The notes under the pieces: model-generated
Seen by the model: the letters and a program-made list of their open reading frames with translations, nothing else
The model's database searches: none
What the model was told of the DNA's origin: nothing
IMG/VR virus record: IMGVR_UViG_3300003322_000100
Span: 1 to 46,369 of that record
DNA from: a virus
Reading direction: 5' to 3' (one strand)
Length of the DNA: 46,369 nucleotides
Program-made: the position numbers and the translations under genes
Shown here: piece after piece, positions 1-8,029 of the stretch
Position numbering within the stretch: the first letter of the stretch is position 1
Layout: each line of letters starts with the position of its first letter

Positions 1-25
1 ACGGCAAGCTGCTGTCCGATGACGG
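1..25. repeat. Terminal 25-nt direct overlap, identical to 46345..46369 (circular closure or assembly overlap)
   Basis: Exact string acggcaagctgctgtccgatgacgg at both ends; the capsid reading frame passes through the junction in phase. Confidence 0.95.
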
Positions 26-359
26 CGCCGGCTTCCTCCGGCGAGCGCTGGATCCAGGTAAATTGCGACGGGTTGATTTCGACCGGCGGAGTACCGGCCG
101 CGATCTTCACCATCGTGTCCACGATATGCTGGAGATGGATGGGCGTAACGGCGCCGCTGCCATAGACGTTCCGCCGCCGGACCAGATTGGACAGCAGCTT
201 CCATGACGCTTCATCGCTGAAATCGCCCTGATGCGGCTGCGCCGACAACATCAGCACATTGTCGGAAGCCGCGTTGAAAAGTTCGACCTGCTGTTGCAGG
301 ACTTCGGTCTTCGCCGAATAGACCTGTTCGGAAAAGACTGTCAAATCGGACAGTGCCAT
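1..359 (-). CDS. Major capsid protein, N-terminal part (gene wraps the window ends and joins 45738..46344; about 321 aa in total)
   Basis: ATG at 359..357 overlaps the scaffold stop (TAATG). Hand translation MALSDLTVFSEQVYSAKTEVLQQQVELFNAASDNVLMLSAQPHQGDFSDEASWKLLSNLVRRRNVYGSGAVTPIHLQHIVDTMVKIAAGTPPVEINPSQFTWIQRSPEEAGAVIGQQLAV has no stop down to position 1. It is in phase with ORF 45738..46328. Lies directly after the scaffold gene. Confidence 0.8.
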   Translation of the reverse strand, partial: MALSDLTVFSEQVYSAKTEVLQQQVELFNAASDNVLMLSAQPHQGDFSDEASWKLLSNLVRRRNVYGSGAVTPIHLQHIVDTMVKIAAGTPPVEINPSQFTWIQRSPEEAGAVIGQQLA

Positions 360-1084
360 TACTCAGTTTCTCCCTTGAGAGTGGCCAAATGCGCGGCAAG
401 TTCTTTGCCGTTCAACTTGGAAAGGTCTACCGCTTTGTTGTCGCCCGCGCCCGGCACTGTCGGGAGCGTTCGGGTCGGCATTCGCGGTGGGGCACTGCCA
501 CTCGACCGGGTTCCGATGATGATCTTAGCAAGGCTTTTATCCTCGCGAAACTCTTTTTCGAGGTCTTCAATAGTCAAGGCCGAGATTTTCTTGTCCTTGC
601 CAAGAACCTTGACTTTAGGTTCTCCATTGTCGTCCAAGTCGTTCAAATCGGCGTGAAGCCGTTCGGCGACACGTCCGGACATAACATCCGGAACGGTGAA
701 AAGCTTGGCAGCGATTTTGTCAGCAACACCCTTAAGCGCAAGGCGTTGGGCGAGTGTCGTAACTTTCGCCGTATTGTCACGTTCCGTTTTGATATCGGTT
801 TCGTACTTGTTTTTCCAGGAAGCATCCAGAGTAGCAACATCGCCAAGCTTCTCCAGCCTGACCTTATCTTCCAAGTCTTTCAACTTGGCCTTAACTTCAT
901 CCCGTTCCTGTTCAGCCTTGGTACGGTCAACTTTTTCCCGATCCTTCGCCCGGCGAAGTTCATCCGCATCGTCCGCGTCCAAAACATAACTGTCTGCGTT
1001 GCCTTCTTCCGCCTTGTAATGCTCTTTGATCGCATCCGGCAGAGCATCGAAATCCTTCTTGGCGATTTTCCGCTTGAGTGCCAT
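359..1084 (-). CDS. Scaffolding protein candidate
   Basis: 241 aa, highly charged and K/E/D-rich with a coiled-coil-like sequence. Sits between the MuF-like head morphogenesis gene and the capsid gene; its stop overlaps the capsid start. Confidence 0.6.
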   Translation of the reverse strand: MALKRKIAKKDFDALPDAIKEHYKAEEGNADSYVLDADDADELRRAKDREKVDRTKAEQERDEVKAKLKDLEDKVRLEKLGDVATLDASWKNKYETDIKTERDNTAKVTTLAQRLALKGVADKIAAKLFTVPDVMSGRVAERLHADLNDLDDNGEPKVKVLGKDKKISALTIEDLEKEFREDKSLAKIIIGTRSSGSAPPRMPTRTLPTVPGAGDNKAVDLSKLNGKELAAHLATLKGETE

Positions 1085-1099
1085 AATACTTATCCTTTG

Positions 1100-2173
1100 T
1101 TAGGCCGCACTGCGCGCCTTCATCAACATGGTAGGAAGCTTCTTTTTGAAGTCTTCCGGTGAAATGCCGGAACTTCCGGCATACTTGGGATAATCAGACG
1201 CCTTTGACTTCCCATTGCGTAGGTCGTCGGCGCGCTTCTTACCCAAGGCGTCGTCCTGGAAAGCCGCCGGCTGGCGCTTAATCCAGGAATAGTAGTCTTC
1301 CGTCCATGGCTTGCGATTGTCGTTCGCACAATCGGTCGGAATGGTGTCGGATCGGCAATTCGGGTGTGCTGGCGGCAATGGCCCTTCACCATAGATGTAG
1401 ATATTTCCGTCGCGGCTCCGGCAGATAACCGTTGTCCGGTCATCTAGCACTGAAACCCATTCATAGCAGCGATAATAAACCGACGCGATTGCCGCTTGCG
1501 TTATCTGCGAAACATGATGATAAATTGTCCTAATCATCGTCTGTGTCTGGCGGGACATTGTAGCCGCCGCGCCGTCCTTAAAGTCAGCCGCCTCGGTTCC
1601 TCGAAGTTCCTTTAGAACGGCCGATGGCGTCGCTTTATTTGCGTATCCTTTTCTGATAATATCCACGATTTTAGTAGCAACTGGCGCAAGATTGTTCGTA
1701 ATGAATACCGATGGTAATTGGCCGGTTGCTGGAATAGGGGCATTTGTAATCTTACCCCACAGGATCGCAAAGCCTCTCGCGTTACCGGCGACAGCCAGCC
1801 ATCCCCAAGGCAGACTATTCTTTTCTTCTTCGTTAGCCTTCCTAAGCGGCCGACCATCAATTGTCTCGAAAATGTCCCGTAGTACCGTGTAGTCGATTTC
1901 CATAAACGCTCGAATACGCTTGATGATTTCGACAGCATAGGCGTTAAATTGCTTTGACACAATCCCTTGAATTTTCCGAAGAAACGTCGATAGTTGCGCC
2001 TTGGTCATTTGATCTAAAGTTTCAAATGACAAGTTACGCAATTCTCGGGTCAAATCCTTAAGAAGGTTCCCAAGAACGACGTTGAACCGTGTCCCTTCGA
2101 AAGTCTTGACTTGATCCAAATAGACCTTATGCCGCGTCAGTGTATCGCGAAGGTCATCAATGGGAAGCGCCAT
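1100..2173 (-). CDS. Head morphogenesis protein (Mu F / SPP1 gp7-like)
   Basis: 357 aa directly downstream of the portal gene. C-terminal motif VICRSRDG...PPAHPNCRS resembles the conserved Cys/His-Pro-Asn-Cys-Arg signature of the Phage_Mu_F family. Confidence 0.75.
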   Translation of the reverse strand: MALPIDDLRDTLTRHKVYLDQVKTFEGTRFNVVLGNLLKDLTRELRNLSFETLDQMTKAQLSTFLRKIQGIVSKQFNAYAVEIIKRIRAFMEIDYTVLRDIFETIDGRPLRKANEEEKNSLPWGWLAVAGNARGFAILWGKITNAPIPATGQLPSVFITNNLAPVATKIVDIIRKGYANKATPSAVLKELRGTEAADFKDGAAATMSRQTQTMIRTIYHHVSQITQAAIASVYYRCYEWVSVLDDRTTVICRSRDGNIYIYGEGPLPPAHPNCRSDTIPTDCANDNRKPWTEDYYSWIKRQPAAFQDDALGKKRADDLRNGKSKASDYPKYAGSSGISPEDFKKKLPTMLMKARSAA

Positions 2174-2175
2174 GG

Positions 2176-3738
2176 TTATTCACCGGCCGGAGGATTAGCA
2201 GCCGCAGCGGCTTCCGCCAGCCGTGTTGCGTGTTCAACCTCTCGGCCCATGCTATCGGCCATTTCGTTAGTGATTTCTTCTTCGGCTTCCTTATCGTCCT
2301 GTGTCGCAATACCGCCTCGACGGAAGTTCTCCCGCATTTCGGTACGACTAATTGCGTTTGCCTGCCAAGCCGCAACAACAGCCTGGATTTGCTGCGGCGT
2401 CATATTATTAAGATCGAATTCCGTATTAAGCTTAAATTTGGTGTCGGTTTCTGTAGTTGAAATATCAACACCCATATATTCGCCAGCAATTTGAATTGCC
2501 TTTGTCATAGCATCGGACGTATTGTCCGCCGTAGTAGAAAGAACAGAAGATCGGGACGCCTTTTCCTGATTTGCCTCGGTAGCCGTCCGCTGAACCGTCT
2601 TGGTTTGCACTATTTCAGCACCAAGAGCGATCATAAGGCGCTCTTTATGCTCCATGGCTTCTTTAGCGCCTGTATTTGGCTCCATTTGCAAAAGACCCGC
2701 CTCGCCCTGAACAGGCAGCGGAACAACAGATCGCGAACCGAACCTAATTTTTCCGTCCTTAAATACAGTATCCACCCATTGCTTTGTCAGCCCAGCAACC
2801 CAAGGTGTCGGCTGTCCGTGCATAAAACATGCTTCCTCATAATCGGCCGAATTGCGATAGTGGGCAATATTCATATCCGCCAAATCATAAAGTGGCGGAT
2901 GGTCAACAGCACTATCATTTGTTTCCGATCCGACGAAATTGAACGGAATTTTATTGGCACGCTCCCCATTGATAATCGGAAAGTATTCTTGCTGATAAAT
3001 CGTTGGGGCACCGGGGCCGCCGATCTTTCCGGGCTTACGCCATAGCTCCACCGAATATTCGCCTTCCGGATCGAGTTCTCCCGCCGAATTGACCAACCTT
3101 AGCACCCGGTATTGCATCCCGGTCTTTATTTCGAAACCATCATCAGCGGCGATATACGGTTCCATAAGCACGATTAGCGTATAGACTTCCTCCGTCCCCC
3201 TAACATCCGTCCTCCAGTTGGGGATTTCCCAACTATTGAACGCCGTAAGCGAAGGGCGCATACCATTTTCCAAGTCGGCCTTGGAAACAACGCCATCTGT
3301 TTGCGGGAAATCCACGAAGATACCAGCCCGGCCGAATGCCAGAGTGCGAGACAGAATTCGCTTTGAAAGCTGGATAAGCGGCACGCCCGTACCTGTCGCG
3401 TCCGCTTTCAGAAAGTCCAGTTGATCGTTGATTTCGATGATGGGATCACGGCCGAAAACTTCACCCACCATGCCGCCGAGTGTCCGCCGAGTGGCGTTGT
3501 AGAATACGGCACGTTCGATATAGTCCTTATAGCGCTGCGTATTTTCCGGCGAAGGATCGAAACTGTCCGGCTGCGGCAAATATCGACGTGCTTTTGTCTT
3601 AATTACTCGGGCGCCGCCGATACAATCTCTAATTGTCTCATATTCCCGCATAAACCAGCGGAGTTCTTCCCGAACATAGCCGACGCCGGGCGCCCCGTTA
3701 CCGAGGGGAAAGGTTACTCCAGAGCCAATGAGCGACAT
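2176..3738 (-). CDS. Portal protein
   Basis: 520 aa ORF immediately downstream of the large terminase and upstream of the MuF-like gene. Acidic C-terminus; size and position typical of portals. Confidence 0.8.
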   Translation of the reverse strand: MSLIGSGVTFPLGNGAPGVGYVREELRWFMREYETIRDCIGGARVIKTKARRYLPQPDSFDPSPENTQRYKDYIERAVFYNATRRTLGGMVGEVFGRDPIIEINDQLDFLKADATGTGVPLIQLSKRILSRTLAFGRAGIFVDFPQTDGVVSKADLENGMRPSLTAFNSWEIPNWRTDVRGTEEVYTLIVLMEPYIAADDGFEIKTGMQYRVLRLVNSAGELDPEGEYSVELWRKPGKIGGPGAPTIYQQEYFPIINGERANKIPFNFVGSETNDSAVDHPPLYDLADMNIAHYRNSADYEEACFMHGQPTPWVAGLTKQWVDTVFKDGKIRFGSRSVVPLPVQGEAGLLQMEPNTGAKEAMEHKERLMIALGAEIVQTKTVQRTATEANQEKASRSSVLSTTADNTSDAMTKAIQIAGEYMGVDISTTETDTKFKLNTEFDLNNMTPQQIQAVVAAWQANAISRTEMRENFRRGGIATQDDKEAEEEITNEMADSMGREVEHATRLAEAAAAANPPAGE

Positions 3739-3749
3739 AGTCTTCCCCT

Positions 3750-5324
3750 CTAGTTCGTCGGGTACTGAACATCAATGCTGGTGACGGCCCGCCCGTCCGC
3801 AGCGAGAACACGATACCGCACCCCGTCGTAAGGATGATCTTCGCCGTCCGTATCAACATCTTCAATATTCTTTTCGGAGCGTTGAAGCAACGGAATTGTT
3901 TCGATGGCAGCGACACAATGCGCCATGAAATAGATTGCCTTTCCTTCTTTCCGTTTAGCGTTAACTAGTCTATCTCTAAATAGCTGAAGTCCGACAACAC
4001 GACTTCCGGCGCTTTTATCCGAAGGTTCCCAATATACGCCTTTATCCTCCATTTTCTTTTTAATGGTATCTGATGCCGCATCTTTGACATTGCCGATTTC
4101 ATTATCTGCCGCACCGCCGGCAATTCGACTATTAACCCATTTATTCCGAATTAAGCTTTCTTCAATGGCAATAATACCATCGGCTATATCTTCCGATCCT
4201 AGCTTAATTCCTTTATTAGTACCAATTTCCTTTGTACCATACCATTCATGGATAAGAATAAGTGTACCCGGCGGCGGACAGAATTTCTCTACTGTACCGT
4301 CTGGATGAATAATTGTCGCTTCCTCGCCGTTTGCTTCGGCAAACCAACCAATCCAGAATGGATGCATTGATCCCCAATCCATTACCCTATCAACCCACCA
4401 TCCCTTGGGTATTACAAATCTCGGCTTAATGTGTACTTTAGAGTCCCATACGTCGGAAATAGCGCCGCCTGCGACAATATCCCATGATCCCTCAAACCAT
4501 GATGCCCGCTTGGCTTCATCGTCAATTTCCTTAAGCTGGGCAATATATTTCGGATCAAGTCGAGTATTCTCCCGCCAATGCGAGAATATAGCCACCTGTG
4601 TCCGTTCAACCGTTATTTCTTCCTGTGTCTTCGGATCGGTAACTTGAATAGCTTTACGATAGATTACGCCATTTGGCGCCGGTAAAATGAACCGGCGTTT
4701 ATTCCAGGCAATGCCGGGGCCGTAGCTATTAGTCGTCAATACCACTTCAAGCGGTATCGGCCCGGTCTTTATGCGTTCACCATATTCATCAAATAATGCA
4801 TTTTCTTCTTCAAGATAAGATGACCGATTTGTCGACAAAATAGCGTCAAGAAAGGCAGATGTCGCATATTTGGTGATTTCGTTAATACCTATCCAAGGGT
4901 ACTCATGACCATGATAGGCAAGATATGCTTTCTCGTCTGCGGCCGATCGGAATAACAGTTCTTCGCCGTCCGGCCAAACCCATTTCAATTGGGAAGTAGA
5001 CGACAAGAATTTAGCGCCATCCTCGAATAGAGGAAAAAGGCGATTTGCGCGCGTAATGATATCGTCAAGGTTCTTATATTCGCGGTCAAATAGAATACCT
5101 CGCCAGAAAGGGCCAAATCCTTTTCCGACGTTCTTATGATAATGCATTAACTGAGTTTCCGTTTTAGCGGAACCTCTAGTGCCGTGAAGAAAGAGAATAT
5201 CGACAGGCGCCGTTAAAGCGAATTCCTGGGAACTATCCGGAAACGGTGCCCATACTACCTCATTTTCCTCCGGCTGCAAGTCGCGCCTGTTGGGCGGCGG
5301 CCTTCGCTTCCCAATTGTCGCCAT
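3750..5324 (-). CDS. terL: Terminase large subunit
   Basis: 524 aa. Walker A-like HGTRGSAKT near the N-terminus and an acidic nuclease-like C-terminal half. Position upstream of the portal gene. Confidence 0.85.
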   Translation of the reverse strand: MATIGKRRPPPNRRDLQPEENEVVWAPFPDSSQEFALTAPVDILFLHGTRGSAKTETQLMHYHKNVGKGFGPFWRGILFDREYKNLDDIITRANRLFPLFEDGAKFLSSTSQLKWVWPDGEELLFRSAADEKAYLAYHGHEYPWIGINEITKYATSAFLDAILSTNRSSYLEEENALFDEYGERIKTGPIPLEVVLTTNSYGPGIAWNKRRFILPAPNGVIYRKAIQVTDPKTQEEITVERTQVAIFSHWRENTRLDPKYIAQLKEIDDEAKRASWFEGSWDIVAGGAISDVWDSKVHIKPRFVIPKGWWVDRVMDWGSMHPFWIGWFAEANGEEATIIHPDGTVEKFCPPPGTLILIHEWYGTKEIGTNKGIKLGSEDIADGIIAIEESLIRNKWVNSRIAGGAADNEIGNVKDAASDTIKKKMEDKGVYWEPSDKSAGSRVVGLQLFRDRLVNAKRKEGKAIYFMAHCVAAIETIPLLQRSEKNIEDVDTDGEDHPYDGVRYRVLAADGRAVTSIDVQYPTN

Positions 5325-5733
5325 GATCCTTGATGACCATTACTTTATTCCGCTTCGCCTGCGGAGCGTTGACGTTGACATTGACAGCACCTTTGCCGCC
5401 CGGCCCGGCCGCTAGGCCGAGCAATTCGGAGACAAGCCGATATCCTTTGATCCGATCTTCTGTCGCCCTGGCAACATCCGCCAGATGGGCGACCTTATGA
5501 ATGATCTGTTCCTTTGTCGGGAGGAAATGCTCCGCCCCGTATTCCTCGATAAACTCTTTCTTCTTTTCGACCACATACGGATGATGCATCCACATTTGCA
5601 CCGCCCATATCGTCCAAGTAGTATCCCCATTAAACGCGCGCATCCCCGCAGACATTCCGTCATGCGGGGTGAAACAGAGTTGATAAGCGAACTCGTCCAC
5701 CAACTCTTGTAAGGTTTCAGGCGCTATATCCAT
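5260..5733 (-). CDS. Terminase small subunit candidate
   Basis: 157 aa ORF immediately upstream of terL and overlapping it by 65 nt. Call rests on position only. Confidence 0.4.
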   Translation of the reverse strand: MDIAPETLQELVDEFAYQLCFTPHDGMSAGMRAFNGDTTWTIWAVQMWMHHPYVVEKKKEFIEEYGAEHFLPTKEQIIHKVAHLADVARATEDRIKGYRLVSELLGLAAGPGGKGAVNVNVNAPQAKRNKVMVIKDHGDNWEAKAAAQQARLAAGGK

Positions 5734-5766
5734 GGTCCCTACAAGATATAGCGCCTGAATTTCTTG

Positions 5767-6453
5767 TCAATGCGGCTTCGGAATACCGGCCGTGGCGTTG
5801 TCGGCCGCCTCCGTAAGGTCCGCAAGCTTCGCGCTCGCATCGTTCTCGGCCGCCTGGATATCGGTATCCGTCGCCGCCGGGTTGTCGGCCGCCATGCGGA
5901 AAAGCGTCACCGCCTGTTTCGCCAGCATCAGAAGGGACGCCAGCCGGGCCGCTACCGTCTGGTTTGAACAGACGATGACCAGCTTTCCCGCATCCGTCCC
6001 GCAAGCCGGCTGTACCGCATAGAGGTTGACCAGCCCCGAGGCGACCGTAAGCCCTACCACCATGACGCTAGCACTGCGCTGCGCCGCCGTCTGCTGCCCA
6101 TTGGAGGCGCATCCGCCTAGCAGCATCAGCATGACGACGCAGGACATCCCCACGGCTGCACAGGTGGCCAGCGGATGCGCCTTGGGCGTGTTACGCGGCA
6201 GGTAGATTGCGACCCATCCGGCGGCATAGAAGACGACGGCCGTAATCACGGCGATGATAGCGCCGGACAGTTCGTCGCCGGTCGGAAGTTCGATCATTCC
6301 GGTCAGACGGCCGATGATATAGGTCAGAATAGTGATGATGGCCGGAACCAGCGCGCCGATATTCGCCTTGGTGGCTGTCATCGGCGTATTGGCGATGATA
6401 CGTTCTTTCACCGACTTATTGATAAGCGGCGAGTCGGGATCAATCATGGTCAT
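5767..6453 (-). CDS. Multi-pass membrane protein, holin candidate (last gene of lysis cassette)
   Basis: 228 aa with 3-4 hydrophobic helices (IGALVPAIITILTYIIG, GAIIAVITAVVFYAAGWVAIYL, VGMSCVVMLMLLGG, VMVVGLTVASGLVNLYAV) and a hydrophilic C-terminal tail. ATGA overlap with the o-spanin gene. Confidence 0.4.
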   Translation of the reverse strand: MTMIDPDSPLINKSVKERIIANTPMTATKANIGALVPAIITILTYIIGRLTGMIELPTGDELSGAIIAVITAVVFYAAGWVAIYLPRNTPKAHPLATCAAVGMSCVVMLMLLGGCASNGQQTAAQRSASVMVVGLTVASGLVNLYAVQPACGTDAGKLVIVCSNQTVAARLASLLMLAKQAVTLFRMAADNPAATDTDIQAAENDASAKLADLTEAADNATAGIPKPH

Positions 6454-6716
6454 TGTTTCAAATCCTTTATATGCCTGTTGAGCCGGGAGACTCCGGTAAT
6501 GCAGCTTTCGACCATTCCATCCGACTTGTCAATTTCTTTCAGTGCCCAAGATAAAAGCGCCCCGGTGTCGAATGACGGGGGCGCTGGATGCTTGACGGTC
6601 TTGCAAGAAACAGTCGGTTTATCCGGAATAACCTCCATTTGCTTTGGTGGAGGAAGTTCCGGAGGCCCGTGGGAACACGCTATTAGCAACATGGGCAGTA
6701 AAAGGATGAATTTCAT
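6450..6716 (-). CDS. o-spanin (outer-membrane lipoprotein, Rz1-like, separate gene)
   Basis: 88 aa. Signal peptide plus lipobox MKFILLLPMLLIAC, and a proline-rich mature part (GPPELPPPKQ). ATGA overlap with the upstream i-spanin gene. Confidence 0.7.
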   Translation of the reverse strand: MKFILLLPMLLIACSHGPPELPPPKQMEVIPDKPTVSCKTVKHPAPPSFDTGALLSWALKEIDKSDGMVESCITGVSRLNRHIKDLKQ

Positions 6717-7207
6717 CGCTTATTAGCCGCTGCTGTTATTCTATCGTATAGCGCCCGCAGAACCTCCAACCCTGTTTCATTCTTCGCTATTCTTACCTCG
6801 AAACCATCCAGCCTTGTATCCGATGTATCCAATTGTCGGCTGATCTGAGTTAGTTTTTGATCTTGAAGATCAAGACGGCCCGAAAATAGCTGATTTGTTG
6901 ATGTAAGCGCTTCGACCTTCGTTAATACATTTTGTTGTTGAAGTGCCGCAGCCTCGAATTTCTTATTAAATTCTTCTTGCATCTTAGTACGGGCTTCGGC
7001 GTCTTGCTGTGATTTGTCCTTAATTGTCTGCGTCAAATTATCGACAGATGCCTTTATTGTAACGTCATTTGTCTGCCTATCGTTTAGCCAGACAAAAGCG
7101 CCCCAAATCAGTCCACCGAGAATAAGAAGACAATTAATGTAAGAAATGAACATACCGCCCATAGATAGCCATTGCTTGGCTTTGCTTATTTTCGTATTTA
7201 TTGGCAC
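6713..7207 (-). CDS. i-spanin candidate (Rz-like); alternative reading is a holin
   Basis: 164 aa. One N-terminal TM helix (FISYINCLLILGGLIWGAFVWL) followed by a long coiled-coil-like Q/E/K/L-rich domain. GTG start at 7207 preceded by aaagggcgga. Confidence 0.55.
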   Translation of the reverse strand: MPINTKISKAKQWLSMGGMFISYINCLLILGGLIWGAFVWLNDRQTNDVTIKASVDNLTQTIKDKSQQDAEARTKMQEEFNKKFEAAALQQQNVLTKVEALTSTNQLFSGRLDLQDQKLTQISRQLDTSDTRLDGFEVRIAKNETGLEVLRALYDRITAAANKR

Positions 7208-7224
7208 CTTTCCGCCCTTTCGTC

Positions 7225-7719
7225 TTACTGAACGCCGAAAACAGCATCCATCGCTTTGGAATAGTTCGGCGTCCAGCGGGACCGATGCGGCTTACCCGGC
7301 CGCCATGTCTGGAGGTAGTATGCCCATGCCGCCTTGATATTGCCGATCGGCGGAAGCGGTCGAGGATCGGACCACAGCAGAAGACGGGCGAAAGCGCCTG
7401 CCAACAGATCATCCCCGGCCAGGGCGTTATACACGCTATCCGAGGTTGCCGCGATATCCCGTTGAACACAGACAGAAGCGGCAAATGCGGCTGTCTGACT
7501 ATGCGTCAAAACACCCTTGACACCGCCGCCTTTCTCGAATTGCCACAATCCGCGCGCCGGGCCGCCGATTTGCGTCCTATGCTCGAAATTGGCTTCCTGT
7601 CCGCAAATGGCGAGCATCAGCAGCCTAGCGGACGCAGAGTCCATTCGAGCCGGCAGAAGTCCGAGAGAAGGGACGATAACGTCCGATAATACGGATGCGG
7701 GTGTCGTGGCGCCGGTCAT
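7225..7719 (-). CDS. Endolysin, lytic transglycosylase (SLT-like)
   Basis: Start moved to ATG 7719 (MTGATTPAS...). Motif CGQEANFEH...GGPARGLWQFE resembles the SLT catalytic Glu and GLMQ signature. First gene of the lysis cassette. Confidence 0.65.
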   Translation of the reverse strand: MTGATTPASVLSDVIVPSLGLLPARMDSASARLLMLAICGQEANFEHRTQIGGPARGLWQFEKGGGVKGVLTHSQTAAFAASVCVQRDIAATSDSVYNALAGDDLLAGAFARLLLWSDPRPLPPIGNIKAAWAYYLQTWRPGKPHRSRWTPNYSKAMDAVFGVQ

Positions 7720-7757
7720 GAGACGGCTTTCCCATAGCTGGTGGACTATGGGAGGGG

Positions 7758-7786
7758 AGCATACCAGCGATAGCCGGATAGGCAAA
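7758..7786 (-). promoter_or_regulatory. Candidate extended -10 promoter for the late block (TTTGCC-17 nt-TGgTATGCT)
   Basis: Read on the minus strand immediately after the terminator T-run, about 35 nt upstream of the endolysin ATG. The -35 element is weak. Confidence 0.3.
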
Positions 7787-7830
7787 GAAAAACCCCGCCT
7801 CTCCGTGCCAGGGGCGGAGAAGCGGGGTTT
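7783..7830 (-). terminator. Rho-independent terminator ending the early leftward transcripts
   Basis: Minus-strand AAACCCCGCTTCTCCG-loop-CGGAGAGGCGGGGTTTTTCTTTG. 12 bp of GC-rich stem with one mismatch, followed by a T-run. Confidence 0.75.
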
Positions 7831-8000
7831 CCCGAGGCGCCAGGGGCGTACCCGAGGCTGCCGTCTACGCTGTCCCTCGGAGACACCCAACCCAAGGCGG
7901 CAGCGATTGAATGAGGGGCCGGGAGGCGGTGGGGATACCTCCCGGCCGACCGACAGTCCCGAAGGCACCGCCGGTTGTCACGGGTGAAGTGACGGCAGCA

Positions 8001-8029
8001 GAATTACCCTACTGCCGCCCTGCCGTCAA
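8001..8029 (-). promoter_or_regulatory. Candidate promoter TTGACG-17 nt-TAATTC at the start of the non-coding leader
   Basis: The -35 hexamer embeds the TGA stop of gene 8026..8808, as at the early promoters 12669-12674 and 15424-15429. The -10 element is poor. Confidence 0.3.

Noticed and set aside
7720-7968. N-terminal extension of the endolysin ORF (track start at 7968) and plus-strand ORFs 7517..7987 and 7911..8249
   Set aside because: The extension starts at GTG, is Pro/Arg/Gly-rich, and runs through the terminator hairpin. The internal ATG at 7719 gives a clean SLT-like protein. I treat the region as non-coding RNA/regulatory.
7836-8025. Possible tRNA or CRISPR-repeat-like element in the structured GC-rich gap
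   Set aside because: I could not find a T-loop (GTTCGAATC-like) or a cloverleaf arrangement. There is only one 10-nt direct repeat pair rather than a repeat-spacer array. Resemblance of the CCCCGC/GCGGGG stem to some CRISPR repeats is explained more simply by its being a terminator.
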